A DNA stretch of 64,000 bases from Candidatus Hydrogenedentota bacterium (GTDB lineage Bacteria; Hydrogenedentota; Hydrogenedentia; Hydrogenedentales; SLHB01): positions 416,001 through 480,000 of the forward strand of contig CAVUWV010000024.1 in assembly GCA_963745075.1 (NCBI GenBank). Direction: 5' to 3'. The position numbers were made by a program, and so were the translations under genes. Under the pieces are notes generated by a model. The model was not told the origin of the DNA, did not search any database, and was given only the letters and a program-made list of their open reading frames with translations. This document shows, in pieces, positions 22,812-32,767 of this stretch. The first letter of the stretch is position 1. The number at the start of each line of letters is the position of its first letter.

Positions 22812-22994
22812 TTGAATTTTGCTCAGGCCGGAGAGGCGAAGTGGCGAGGAGATTACGTTACAAGTCTACCTCAAGTCACTCCTTCCCCAAGAGTAACTGC
22901 AGCCAGGAATCCTTGTTGCTTCGCCTCTCCGCTGACCCTTATTAAACCAGCCCGCCGGGACGCTCGGTCATTAGTCCCGGTGGGTTGGGATTGC

Positions 22995-23032
22995 AAAAAT
23001 AAAGACCGTAGCCGTCGGGGTCGGCTACGGTC
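22995..23032 (-). terminator. Rho-independent terminator (minus strand)
   Basis: 11-bp stem GACCGTAGCCG/CGGCTACGGTC followed by TTTATTTTT on the minus strand. Confidence 0.75.
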
Positions 23033-23102
23033 CTAAAACCACAGACTCAGCCACAAAATACGTACTAGCTGCTCGGTAAGCTGGTGCGTACGCCTTGTCT
23101 GC
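22995..23102 (-). ncRNA. Candidate ~110-nt small RNA
   Basis: Lies between a minus-strand promoter and terminator; nested stems; no convincing ORF. Confidence 0.45.
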
Positions 23103-23108
23103 ACACAA

Positions 23109-23137
23109 ATTGTACCATCGATTTTTCAAATCCGCAA
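23109..23137 (-). promoter_or_regulatory. Sigma70-like promoter TTGCGG-N17-TACAAT with extended -10 TG
   Basis: Direct motif match with 17-nt spacer. Confidence 0.6.
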
Positions 23138-23581
23138 ACGCACAATACGCTACCCAATTCCTTTTTTCACTTTGCTTGCATTGCTGAATTTGCGGGTTTT
23201 TCGTTCCTGCGACGCGCGCGCTGCCCATTGGATCTGCATCCACCAACTTGCTCGCCCGGAAAGACCGTTTGGAATTGCAGCACGTACCCCATATTGACAA
23301 CGTGACGTACTCCACTCCGAATGCTTCACCTCGCGAAAGAAGACGATGACCGGGGTGACCCGTGTAGAAAAAGCGCCCGGGGGACGATGGTTGGCAATCG
23401 GGTGTGACGGTTCCTCCTTGACTCGTAATCGGCCCCACGCCATAATGTGGCCAGTGCGCCAGATCGCTGCAAATGGACGTTTTATGCTTACGATTCATCG
23501 CCAATCGAGTCGCGTTCGCTCGGGTCCGTTCCTCGTTGATTCTGGCGCGTTGAAACTTTCCCAAACCACAAGGAAATCCCC

Positions 23582-25651
23582 ATGGAGTTCAGTCTTTCCC
23601 GGATAGCCGCACGGTTGACCGTATTGTGTCTTGCTGTAATGCTTTTGGTGGGTCCGCCCGTCGCCGCGCAGGAGGTGCCCGATTCCATCCGCTCGGCCGT
23701 CGACGTTGCCATTGCCAAGGTCAAACCCGCCCTCGTCCGAATCGCGGTAGTCTGGACCGATTACCGCGACGGCCGCGAAACCAAATACGAAGCCACCGGC
23801 AGCGGCACCATTATCACCGGCGAGGGCCATATCGTCACCAATCACCACGTTGCCGGACATGCGACGCGCATGTTCTGCACCTTGTCCACCCGCGAAGTCA
23901 TCGAGGCCGAATTGGTCGGCAGCGACCCGCAAACCGACATCGCGGTAATTAAGCTCAAGTCCGACGGTTCCCGCATCTTCCCTACGGCCACATTCGGCGA
24001 CTCGGACGCAATGCGCGTCGGAGACTACGTGCTTGCTATGGGAAGTCCCATGGCGCTGTCGCAGTCTGTGACCCTCGGTATCGTGAGCAATACCGAACTC
24101 GTGATTCCCGGGCGCATGGGCCGCTGGGGCGCGTTTACGCTGGACGGAGAAGACGTGGGATCCCTCGTCCGTTGGATCGGCCACGACGCCGACATTTACG
24201 GCGGCAATTCCGGCGGGCCGCTCGTTAACCTGCGCGGCGAAATCGTCGGGATTAACGAAATCCGAATCGGATTGAGCGGCGCGATCCCGGGCAACCTGGC
24301 CAAACGCGTGGCCCACGAACTGATCGAACACGGCCAAGTCACACGGAGTTGGCTCGGATTGGCCGTGCAACCGCAACTCCGTTCCTCCGACCTACGCCGC
24401 GGCGTGCTCGTGCGCGAAGCCCTGAAGGATTCGCCCGCAGACAAAGCCGGGTTCAAGTCCGGAGATCTGCTGACGAAGATAAACGGGACCGAGGTCAACG
24501 TGCGGTTTGAAGAGCAATTGCCCGAATTCAACGCGTTAGTCGCCGGTCTTCCCGTTGGCAAGCCCGTGGATGCGGTCGTGTTGCGGGACGGCAAGGAAGT
24601 CACCTTGACCGTGACACCGACCAAATATGAGAAAGTCGAACCGAAAGAACAGGAGTTCAAACAATGGGGCATCACGGGACGTGACCTCTCCTTCGTGAAT
24701 GCCAAGGAAATGCAACGCGACTCGACCGACGGCGTTTACGTCACCACCTTGAACCCGGGAGGCCCCGCCGGTGAAGCCAAACCGTCGTTGAACCGGGGCG
24801 ATGTCATCGTTTCCGTCAACGGCAACCATATCAAGGATGTGGCGACGTTGCGGGATCTCACCAGTCAGATCACCGAAGGCAAAAAGGAACCCACGCCCGC
24901 TATGGTGGAATTCGAACGCAAGGCTTCCAAGTACGTCACCGTCGTACAAGTGGGAATCAAGGAACTCCTCGAGCCTGCCAAGGAAGTTCAAAAAGCCTGG
25001 CTGCCGATCAGCACGCAGGTGATTACGCGTGACATGGCGAAGGAAATCGGTATGCCGGATTTGACCGGACACCGCATCACGCAAGTCTACCCCGGGACCA
25101 CGGCAGAAGCGGCGGGCCTGCAAGTGGGCGATCTGATTTACGCGATCGACGGTGAACCCATGGAGGCCTCCCGTCCGGAAGACTACGAAGAACTGGATAC
25201 CTGGATCCGACAGTACAAGATCGGCAGCACGGCCGAGATTAGCCTGTACCGTAACGGCGAAAAGATGACCGTTCCCGTCGAACTCGTAACCACCCCGCGG
25301 CTCAGCCGCGAGATGAAGTCATACGACGATTTGAATTTCGAATTCACCGTCCGCGATATCACCTTCCTCGACAAAGTGAATGAGAAATGGGATCTCGACA
25401 AGACCGGCGTCCTGGTTACGAAGGTCGAGCCCGGCAGTTGGGCGGCGCTCGGTGAACTGGATGTCGGCGATCTGATCGTGAGTGTTGACGGCGTACCCGT
25501 TCCCGATGTCGATACCCTGGAAGCCCGCATGAAAGAGATCCAGGATGGCAAGAAGAAGAACGTCGTGTTCCTGGTTGAACGCGGCATTCACCGTGCATTC
25601 CTCGAGTTTGAACCCGAGTGGGACGCCACCGCGTCCGAAGGAAAGGAGTAA
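23582..25651 (+). CDS. HtrA/DegP-like serine protease with multiple PDZ domains
   Basis: Triad motifs VTNHHV, TDIAVI, GGNSGGP; four GD(L/V)(L/I) PDZ-type segments. Confidence 0.92.
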   Translation: MEFSLSRIAARLTVLCLAVMLLVGPPVAAQEVPDSIRSAVDVAIAKVKPALVRIAVVWTDYRDGRETKYEATGSGTIITGEGHIVTNHHVAGHATRMFCTLSTREVIEAELVGSDPQTDIAVIKLKSDGSRIFPTATFGDSDAMRVGDYVLAMGSPMALSQSVTLGIVSNTELVIPGRMGRWGAFTLDGEDVGSLVRWIGHDADIYGGNSGGPLVNLRGEIVGINEIRIGLSGAIPGNLAKRVAHELIEHGQVTRSWLGLAVQPQLRSSDLRRGVLVREALKDSPADKAGFKSGDLLTKINGTEVNVRFEEQLPEFNALVAGLPVGKPVDAVVLRDGKEVTLTVTPTKYEKVEPKEQEFKQWGITGRDLSFVNAKEMQRDSTDGVYVTTLNPGGPAGEAKPSLNRGDVIVSVNGNHIKDVATLRDLTSQITEGKKEPTPAMVEFERKASKYVTVVQVGIKELLEPAKEVQKAWLPISTQVITRDMAKEIGMPDLTGHRITQVYPGTTAEAAGLQVGDLIYAIDGEPMEASRPEDYEELDTWIRQYKIGSTAEISLYRNGEKMTVPVELVTTPRLSREMKSYDDLNFEFTVRDITFLDKVNEKWDLDKTGVLVTKVEPGSWAALGELDVGDLIVSVDGVPVPDVDTLEARMKEIQDGKKKNVVFLVERGIHRAFLEFEPEWDATASEGKE

Positions 25652-25654
25652 CTC

Positions 25655-26596
25655 ATGACCCGGAGTCTGATGGGCCTCGTGATAGCCGTTGCGCTTGCGA
25701 TGGAGAGTTCCGTGGTATCCGCGGACGAACTCGCGCAGCAAGGGCGGAAGGTGCTGGATCAGTACAAAAAGAGCGTCGTGACCATCAATCTGGTCATCAA
25801 ACAGCAGTATTCAATGCCCGGTTTCGGCTCGCAGGATCAAGAATCCAAGGAAGAAGCAACCGGCACGGTCATCGATTCCTCGGGGTTAACCGTCGTGGCA
25901 CTTAGCACGACCGATCCCACCAGCATGATTCAGGGCATGATGGAAATGAGCGGCGACGATATGCAGGGATTCCAGATGTCCAGCCAGGTGACGGATCTCA
26001 AGATCCTCATGGACGACGGAACGGAGATCCCGGGGCAGATCGTCCTGCGCGATAAGGATCTCGATCTCGCCTTCATCCGGCCCAAGGAGCCGCTGAAGGA
26101 GCCGATGACCGCCATCAATCTGAAGGATGCGACGACGCCGGAAATCCTCGACCCCGTCTTCACCCTCGCCAAGTTGGGCCGGGTCGCGGGCCGTGAATAC
26201 GCGGTGTCAATCGAGCGCATAAACGCGATCGTCTCCAAACCCCGCACCTTCTATATTCCCGGAAACGATCCGACCCAGACCGACCTCGGGTCTCCCGTAT
26301 TCAACACGGAAGGCAAGGCCGTCGGCGTGTTTGTTATGCGCACGGTCAAAGGTTCCGGCGGCGGCATGATGTCCATGATGCGCGGCATGAACGATACGTC
26401 AATGGCGATCATCGTGCCCGCCTCGGATATCGCCGATGTCGCCCAGCAGGCCCCCGAGAAAGCCGAAGAGGTTGAGGAAGCCCCGGCCGCCGAGGAAGCT
26501 CCCGCCAAAGAGGAGGCCCCGGCGAAGGAGGAAGCTCCGGCCACGGAAGGAGCCGGAGAAGCGGCCGCGCCCTCGGGCGAGACCGGCAACGGCTAA
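25655..26596 (+). CDS. Trypsin-fold protein with degenerate active site and acidic E/A/P tail
   Basis: ATGTVID, DLDLAFIR, DLGSPVFN align with HtrA motifs but His and Ser are missing. Confidence 0.7.
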   Translation: MTRSLMGLVIAVALAMESSVVSADELAQQGRKVLDQYKKSVVTINLVIKQQYSMPGFGSQDQESKEEATGTVIDSSGLTVVALSTTDPTSMIQGMMEMSGDDMQGFQMSSQVTDLKILMDDGTEIPGQIVLRDKDLDLAFIRPKEPLKEPMTAINLKDATTPEILDPVFTLAKLGRVAGREYAVSIERINAIVSKPRTFYIPGNDPTQTDLGSPVFNTEGKAVGVFVMRTVKGSGGGMMSMMRGMNDTSMAIIVPASDIADVAQQAPEKAEEVEEAPAAEEAPAKEEAPAKEEAPATEGAGEAAAPSGETGNG

Positions 26597-26598
26597 TC

Positions 26599-27726
26599 GT
26601 GATTCGAAACCGCAATGTTGGGACGTGCCTCGCGGCGGTCGCGGTCACGGTAGCCTGCGCTCTGTCCGCCGCCGCGGGTATCGTGCCGGACGAGTCCTTG
26701 GCGGTGCTCGATTTGCCTCCGGGAGATGCGAACCCGCGCAATTCCGAGGGCGATTTCGTACCACTGAACGATGGGCGTATTCTCTTCGTCTATACCCATT
26801 TCACCGGCAGCGGGAGTGACTTCGGGTCCGCGCATCTCGCGGGCCGCTACACGTCCGACCGCGGGAAGACGTGGACGGACGACGCGATCGTCGTTCCGAA
26901 TGAAGGCGGGATGAACGTCATGTCCGTGTCGCTCCTGCGGCTCGCGAACGGCGAAATCGCGTTGTTGTACCTTCGCAAAAACTCACGGTCCGATTGCCGG
27001 CCCGTGCTCCGGATCTCGACAGATGAGGCGACGACTTGGAGCGACCCCGTCGAGATTGTCGATACCCTCGGCTATTTCGTCGTGAACAACGACCGCCTCG
27101 TCCAGTTGAAGAACGGCCGTTTGCTCGTGCCCACCGCGCGCCACAGCCTGCCCGGTAAGGAATTCCAGGGGCGCGGCGCAGCCCTGTGCTACCGCTCCGA
27201 CGATTCCGGTCACACGTGGCGGCCCAGCGATACCATTCTCGAAGCGCCCGAAGACAGCAAGACCGGTCTGCAGGAACCGCTCGTGGTCGAGTTGTCCGAT
27301 GGCCGGGTCTGGATGTTGGCACGCACCGACCAGGGATGCCAGATGCAATCGTTCAGTGACGACGGCGGGATTACGTGGTCACCGGTAAACCGCACGGATA
27401 TCATTTCTCCCGTGTCGCCCGCGACCGTCGAGCGAATACCCGGGACGGACGACGTGTTGATGGTCTGGAACGACCATCGTGGTATCGACCCGGCGCTTGC
27501 CGGCAAGCGCACGCCTCTGACGGCGGCTGTTTCGCACGATGACGGCGCCACGTGGGAGCACCGGCTCGTGCTCGAGGATCTCCCCACGGGGTGGTACTGC
27601 TATACGGCCATGCTTTTTACCGGCAACGACGTGCTGCTCGAGTACTGCGCGGGCGATACCGCGCACGAAGGCGGCTTGAGCCGCGCGCGGATCGTGCGCG
27701 TGCCGATCGATCGGTTTAGGGACTAG
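26599..27726 (+). CDS. Sialidase-family (BNR/Asp-box) protein
   Basis: Asp-boxes SDRGKTW, STDEATTW, SDDSGHTW, SDDGGITW, SHDDGATW. Confidence 0.88.
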   Translation: MIRNRNVGTCLAAVAVTVACALSAAAGIVPDESLAVLDLPPGDANPRNSEGDFVPLNDGRILFVYTHFTGSGSDFGSAHLAGRYTSDRGKTWTDDAIVVPNEGGMNVMSVSLLRLANGEIALLYLRKNSRSDCRPVLRISTDEATTWSDPVEIVDTLGYFVVNNDRLVQLKNGRLLVPTARHSLPGKEFQGRGAALCYRSDDSGHTWRPSDTILEAPEDSKTGLQEPLVVELSDGRVWMLARTDQGCQMQSFSDDGGITWSPVNRTDIISPVSPATVERIPGTDDVLMVWNDHRGIDPALAGKRTPLTAAVSHDDGATWEHRLVLEDLPTGWYCYTAMLFTGNDVLLEYCAGDTAHEGGLSRARIVRVPIDRFRD

Positions 27727-27867
27727 CGGAACCCAACCGAAATTCGGGAAATGTTTGGGACGCCCCGGCTGTTGCATAGCAGGCGGCAGGGGATTGTGCA
27801 GCGGGCGTGCTGTCGCGCATAAGCTTGTCCCGGCGTAAGTGCACAGCAGTGGCGGTATGGACGAATC

Positions 27868-28608
27868 ATGGAGCATCTGGCAGGGAAGACCGCGCTCGTA
27901 ACGGGCGCCGCACATCGCATCGGCCGCGCAATTGCCACGGCGCTGGCCGATGCCGGCGCGAACGTCGTGGTTCATTACCAGTCGTCGCGTGTGGAAGCCG
28001 AGCGACTCGTAGGTGACCTTGCGAGCGCGGGCGTTCAGGGGTGGACCGTTCGCGCGGACCTCAGCAAACCCGCGGAGTCGGCCGCCCTCATCGAACGGAC
28101 GCTATCCAAGACGGGCGGTCTGGACATTCTCGTGAACAACGCATCAACGTTTCCCGAGTCCACCTTGACCGATTTCGCATCGCAAGATTTGCACGCCAGC
28201 ATTGACGTAAATGCACTGGGCCCGTTCATGCTGGCGCGATCGTTTCATCAACTTGGTCGCGGCGGCGTCGTAGTGAACCTGTTGGACTGCATGATCGCGG
28301 ATTACGACCGCAAACATGTGGCCTATCATCTGAGCAAGCGAATGCTGTTTTCGTTGACCCGCATGATGGCTGTCGAGTTCGCGCCGGACGTCAGGGTCAA
28401 CGGCGTGGCGCCGGGACTCGTGCTGCCGCCGCCCGGGAAAGACGATTCATACCTCGCCGGCTTGGCGTCGTCGAACCCCTTGAACGCCGTGGGCACCGTC
28501 GACGACGTGGCGGAGGCGGTGGTATTCTTGGCACGCAGCACCTTTGTCACCGGGCAGGTGATTTATGTAGACGGCGGACGCAACCTGCGGGGAGCACTGT
28601 ATGGCTGA
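27868..28608 (+). CDS. SDR oxidoreductase, pteridine reductase-like
   Basis: TGAAHRIG, LVNNAS, YHLSK; heads the folate cluster. Confidence 0.85.
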   Translation: MEHLAGKTALVTGAAHRIGRAIATALADAGANVVVHYQSSRVEAERLVGDLASAGVQGWTVRADLSKPAESAALIERTLSKTGGLDILVNNASTFPESTLTDFASQDLHASIDVNALGPFMLARSFHQLGRGGVVVNLLDCMIADYDRKHVAYHLSKRMLFSLTRMMAVEFAPDVRVNGVAPGLVLPPPGKDDSYLAGLASSNPLNAVGTVDDVAEAVVFLARSTFVTGQVIYVDGGRNLRGALYG

Positions 28609-28978
28609 CCGGTCTTGGGACCAGATTCACATCCGAGATTTGACGTGCCGCTGCATCGTGGGAATCAACCCCGAAGAGCGGACGAATCTGCAGGATGTGA
28701 TCGTCAACGTGACGCTATATGCCAATCTGCGCGAAGCATGCGTCACGGACCGCATCGACGATACGATCGATTACAAGTCCGTGAAGCTGGCTGTGCTGGC
28801 TATGATTGAAAAATCGACGTATCATCTCATTGAACGGTTGGCCGAGCGCATCGCCGAAGTCTGCTTCGAGGATACGCGCATCGAGGCGGTGCGGGTCTCC
28901 GTCGACAAGCCCGGCGCATTGCGTTTTGCCCGCAGCGTGGCCGTGGAGATTTACCGGGAGCGTGAAACAAAGCATTGA
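28601..28978 (+). CDS. folB: Dihydroneopterin aldolase
   Basis: IVGINPEER...Q, TIDY, LIERLAERIA, VDKPGA. Confidence 0.93.
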   Translation: MADRSWDQIHIRDLTCRCIVGINPEERTNLQDVIVNVTLYANLREACVTDRIDDTIDYKSVKLAVLAMIEKSTYHLIERLAERIAEVCFEDTRIEAVRVSVDKPGALRFARSVAVEIYRERETKH

Positions 28979-29504
28979 TCCAAAGGTTCGAGCGGATGTG
29001 TTCGTCTCGATCGCGTCCAACATCCATCCCGAACGAAACATCCCTGACGCGTTGGAACGGCTCGCGCGTCAGGTGCGGATTCTCGGCATATCGACCTTTT
29101 ACCGGAATTCGCCGCTCGACCGCCCGGAGCAGCCCGAATATTTGAACGGCGTATGCGCGATCCAAACGAAGCGGGCGCCGCGCGCGCTCAAGTTCGAATG
29201 CCTGCGGACCATCGAGGCGGAATTGGGCCGGGTGCGAACCGGAGATAAGTTCGCCGCGCGGACCATCGATCTGGACATCGCCGTGTACGGCAGCGTGACG
29301 CTTCGGGAGACGGACTTAGTCGTGCCCGATCCCGAGATATACGAACGCCCATTTCTAGCCTGGCCCTTGTATGAACTGGCCCCGGCCCTGGTGCTGCCGG
29401 ATTCCGGCCGCGCCCTGGCGGAGGTCGTTCGATCGTTTACGAAAGCAGGGTTGACGCCGGAAGAACCATTTACGGCGGATTTACGAAAGAGGTTGCGACT
29501 ATGA
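28962..29504 (+). CDS. folK: HPPK (6-hydroxymethyl-dihydropterin diphosphokinase)
   Basis: [32 protein letters not shown]. Confidence 0.92.
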   Translation: MKQSIDPKVRADVFVSIASNIHPERNIPDALERLARQVRILGISTFYRNSPLDRPEQPEYLNGVCAIQTKRAPRALKFECLRTIEAELGRVRTGDKFAARTIDLDIAVYGSVTLRETDLVVPDPEIYERPFLAWPLYELAPALVLPDSGRALAEVVRSFTKAGLTPEEPFTADLRKRLRL

Positions 29505-30067
29505 ACGTGGAACGTGTGGCGCAGTTGGTTCGAGAACTGCTCGTCGAAATCGGCGAAGATCCCAATCGCGAGGGCTTGCTAAAGACGCCCCAGCGCGTTG
29601 CCCAGGCCTACGAGTACCTTACCTCGGGATACCGGACCGATCTCAGCGAAATCATCAACGGCGCCGTCTTCGAGTCCCACGCCAACAACATGATCATCTC
29701 GCGCGACATCGAAGTCTACAGCATGTGCGAACACCACATCCTGCCCTTCTTCGGAAAGACCCACATCGGTTACATCGCGCGCAAAAAAGTCCTCGGCATC
29801 AGCAAGTTGTCCCGTATCGTCGACTATTACGCCCGCCGCCTTCAGATCCAGGAACGGCTCACCGCCGAGATCGCCCGCGAGATCATGGACGTGACCGATG
29901 CCGAAGGCGTCGGCGTCGTCATGGAGTGCCGCCATATGTGCATGATGATGCGCGGTGTCGAAAAGCAGAACTCCATCATGACCACCTCGTCCGTCCTCGG
30001 TAGCTTCCTCGAAGAAGACGCCGCCCGCATGGAATTCCTCAGTCTCATCGGCCGCCACGTTACCTGA
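29501..30067 (+). CDS. folE: GTP cyclohydrolase I
   Basis: [39 protein letters not shown]. Confidence 0.97.
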   Translation: MNVERVAQLVRELLVEIGEDPNREGLLKTPQRVAQAYEYLTSGYRTDLSEIINGAVFESHANNMIISRDIEVYSMCEHHILPFFGKTHIGYIARKKVLGISKLSRIVDYYARRLQIQERLTAEIAREIMDVTDAEGVGVVMECRHMCMMMRGVEKQNSIMTTSSVLGSFLEEDAARMEFLSLIGRHVT

Positions 30068-30170
30068 CGCGAAACCAGCCAGGACACATAGGCCGAGTGA
30101 GGGATCCGTCGAATCCCCGCGTCCATACCGTCCATCAAGTCCATATCGTCCATAGCCGTAGCGCGCCGCC

Positions 30171-30958
30171 TCATAACGCCAGCAGCAACACCCGAACCCC
30201 GACAAACGCCAGCGCAACCGCCAACGCCCGCACGATCAGCGCCCCCGCAGACGTTCCGACAGCGCCGCCCCAATTTGCGCGCCGATGACGACGCCAATTG
30301 CCAGGCACATCGTGCGGTGAATCCCTTCCGAGTAAGGCCCCCGTCACAACGTGGACCGCCGTGCCGGTCAGCGCAGTGATGGCCAAAATGAAGTGGGAGG
30401 TAGCGGTAGCGTAATGGACGGGGAAGTTCAGCACGTGAACCATCGCGGGCACGTGGACGATGCCCCCGCCGAATCCCAGAAGTCCGGACAGGTACCCGAC
30501 CAGAAAACTAATCGAAACCCCGAGCCAAACGTTGTACTGGATCGACTTTGGGTCATATCCGCCGGAAGTATTGTCCATTCAGTTTCCTTCGGCTTGCTCG
30601 GCCGCCACAGGAGATACCCGGACATCGTCAACATGAGCACCCCGCAAATCGCATCGAAGGCGTGACGAGGAACGTAATACGTGGAAAGCGCCCCCAACAC
30701 CGCCCCCGGCATCGCCGCCGCCGAAAACTGCAACCCCGCGCGATAATGAATGCGGTGTTTCCGGCCGTACGCCCACGAGCCCGACAGCGCGTTAAAGAAG
30801 ACTACCGCCAACGAGATGCTCGTAATCGTCTCGGGGTTTGCGTCGGGGTAGAGGATCAGCAACATCGGGACCAGAATGAAACCGCCGCCCGCCCCGATCA
30901 GCGTCCCAAACGCGCCGATCAACAATCCCAACGGCACCAGCCACAGATACTCAAACAT
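30171..30958 (-). CDS. TauE/SafE sulfite exporter family protein (frameshifted)
   Basis: GTLIGAGGGFILVP in 30428..30958; SGLLGFGGGIVHVP and ATATSHF in 30171..30578. Confidence 0.85.
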
Positions 30959-31322
30959 TCCATCACTCCGCCGGGATTGAAATTCTCACCCGCGAACGGT
31001 CATTCCACACCTATCACGGACATCTATCTGTCAATATCGTGCCGTGGCTGCGCCGTCCCAGTCAACGATGCCCCACCCGGCGGACCCACGCATTCATAGT
31101 CGCCGACCGCGCCAACTGACAAACCGATGGATTTCGTCTTCCCGTTCCCCGTACACTTGCCACGGGGGAATGACCTGCATTTTTTTGGGGGGATCCATGC
31201 TACGACACCGGGGGAAAGCCGCACTTTATGGCCGTGTACCAAGCGCACGGCGATGTCCCACTGGGACCGCCACGCTCCAGCGTGGCAAACGATGGCAACC
31301 GAATCCCAACTCCTCAAGCGGG

Positions 31323-31396
31323 CCATTCGTTTCGGTTATTTCCCATTTCGGTCATTCGAATTTGTTTCGGATTTCGAGCTTCGGATTTCGAATTTG
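31323..31396. repeat. Heptamer-type repeat element (TTTCGGATTTCGAGCTTCGGATTTCGAATTT)
   Basis: Reverse-complement copy at ~37254-37305. Confidence 0.7.
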
Positions 31397-31454
31397 TCTT
31401 TATCCCCAACCTTAACACGCTTCGCATTGCACCTGCCCACGGAGGTCGCCCCCA

Positions 31455-32570
31455 ATGGTAGCTGCCAACCCGCTGCTCGGAACCCTCCTCCACGCCTTCG
31501 GCGCCATGGCCGCAGCGCTGTGTTACACGCCCCAACAGAAACTCCGCGGCTGGTCCTGGCAGACCTACTGGCTCGCACAGGCCTTCCTCTGCTGGTTTGC
31601 CTTGCCTATCATCGGCGCGTACCTGACCATTCCCCACTTGGGGGAGGTGCTCCGAGCGGCCCCGAGGGACGCGATGGAGATCACCTTCGTCCTGGGCATC
31701 ATCTACGGCATCGGCGGAACCGCCTTCGGCCTTGCCATTCGGTACATCGGCTACTCCCTGACTTATGCGATTGCCATCGGCATCTCCTGCGTGCTCGGCA
31801 CCCTCACCGGTCCCCTCATCAGCGGCGCGCTCCGCGAACTGCTCACCAAGACCGGTTCCGGCTGGGTTATGAGCGGCATCTTCATCGGCGTCGCGGGCAC
31901 CCTCCTCTGCGGTTGGGCCGGACGCCTCAAAGAACGCGAACTCGAAAAGGACGCCGCTGCCAGCCAGTCCTTCTCCCTGACGAAAGGCCTCCTGCTGTGC
32001 CTCCTCGCGGGCGTCTTCTCCGCCGTCTACGGCATCGCCGTCAACGACACCGGCCGTCCCATCGCCGATACCGCCGCCGAATTCGGCGCGGGCTACTGGC
32101 AGACCAACGTCGTCTACATCTTCTCCAACAGCGGCGCCTTCCTGACCACCTTGCTCTACACCCTCTGGCTGGGCCGGCGCGAAAAGACCTTTGGTGAATT
32201 CCGGCGTGTGCGGGAAACCACGCAAGACGCCCTCCCCGCGAAGTCGCCGTGGAAGAACCGCGCCGACGCCGCGGCGCGCTGCCCATGAACTACGCCATGG
32301 CCCTCCTCACCGGCTGCCTCTGGTACTCCCAATTCCTCTTCTACGGCCTCGGCCACGTCCGCATGGGCGAATTCGAATTCTCCAGCTGGGCCATTCACAT
32401 GATCATGCTCATCCTCTTCAGCAGCCTCACCGGCATCGTCCTCAAGCGAATGGCACGGCCGCCGGAGACTGACCAAAGCCCTGATCACCCTGGCCTTCAT
32501 CATCCTCGTCGCAGCGGTGATTATCATCACGTACGGCAACTACCTCGGCGAACAAGCCGCGGGCGGGTGA
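31455..32570 (+). CDS. rhaT: L-rhamnose/H+ symporter RhaT-like (frameshifted)
   Basis: PQQKLRGWSWQTYW, GIGGTAFGLAIRYIGYSL, LWYSQFLFYGLG, SSWAIHM. Confidence 0.8.
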
Positions 32571-32590
32571 CGCACCCCGCGAAACGCCCC

Positions 32591-32671
32591 ATGTAGCGCA
32601 GGCGTCCCGCCTGCAATGTCGCTAGATTATGTTGAACCAACAAGAATGCAGGCGAGACGCCTGCGCTACAT
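32591..32671. repeat. GTAG-type REP doublet (REPIN) ATGTAGCGCAGGCGTCCCGCCTGCA...TGCAGGCGAGACGCCTGCGCTACAT
   Basis: Also at 38333-38410 (doublet) and 61308-61333 (single). Confidence 0.88.
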
Positions 32672-32767
32672 TCCGTGTCCCTTTCGTATAGGGTTTCGGG
32701 TAGAGACTCTTAATCGTACCGTCCCCATGGGATTGAAGAATCAACGCGGCTGGAAGCCGCGTCTACG

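Noticed and set aside
22820..23110. tRNA, SRP RNA or 6S RNA
   Set aside because: No cloverleaf or T-loop, no SRP GGAA-loop motif, and the architecture does not clearly fit 6S; kept only as unknown structured RNA.
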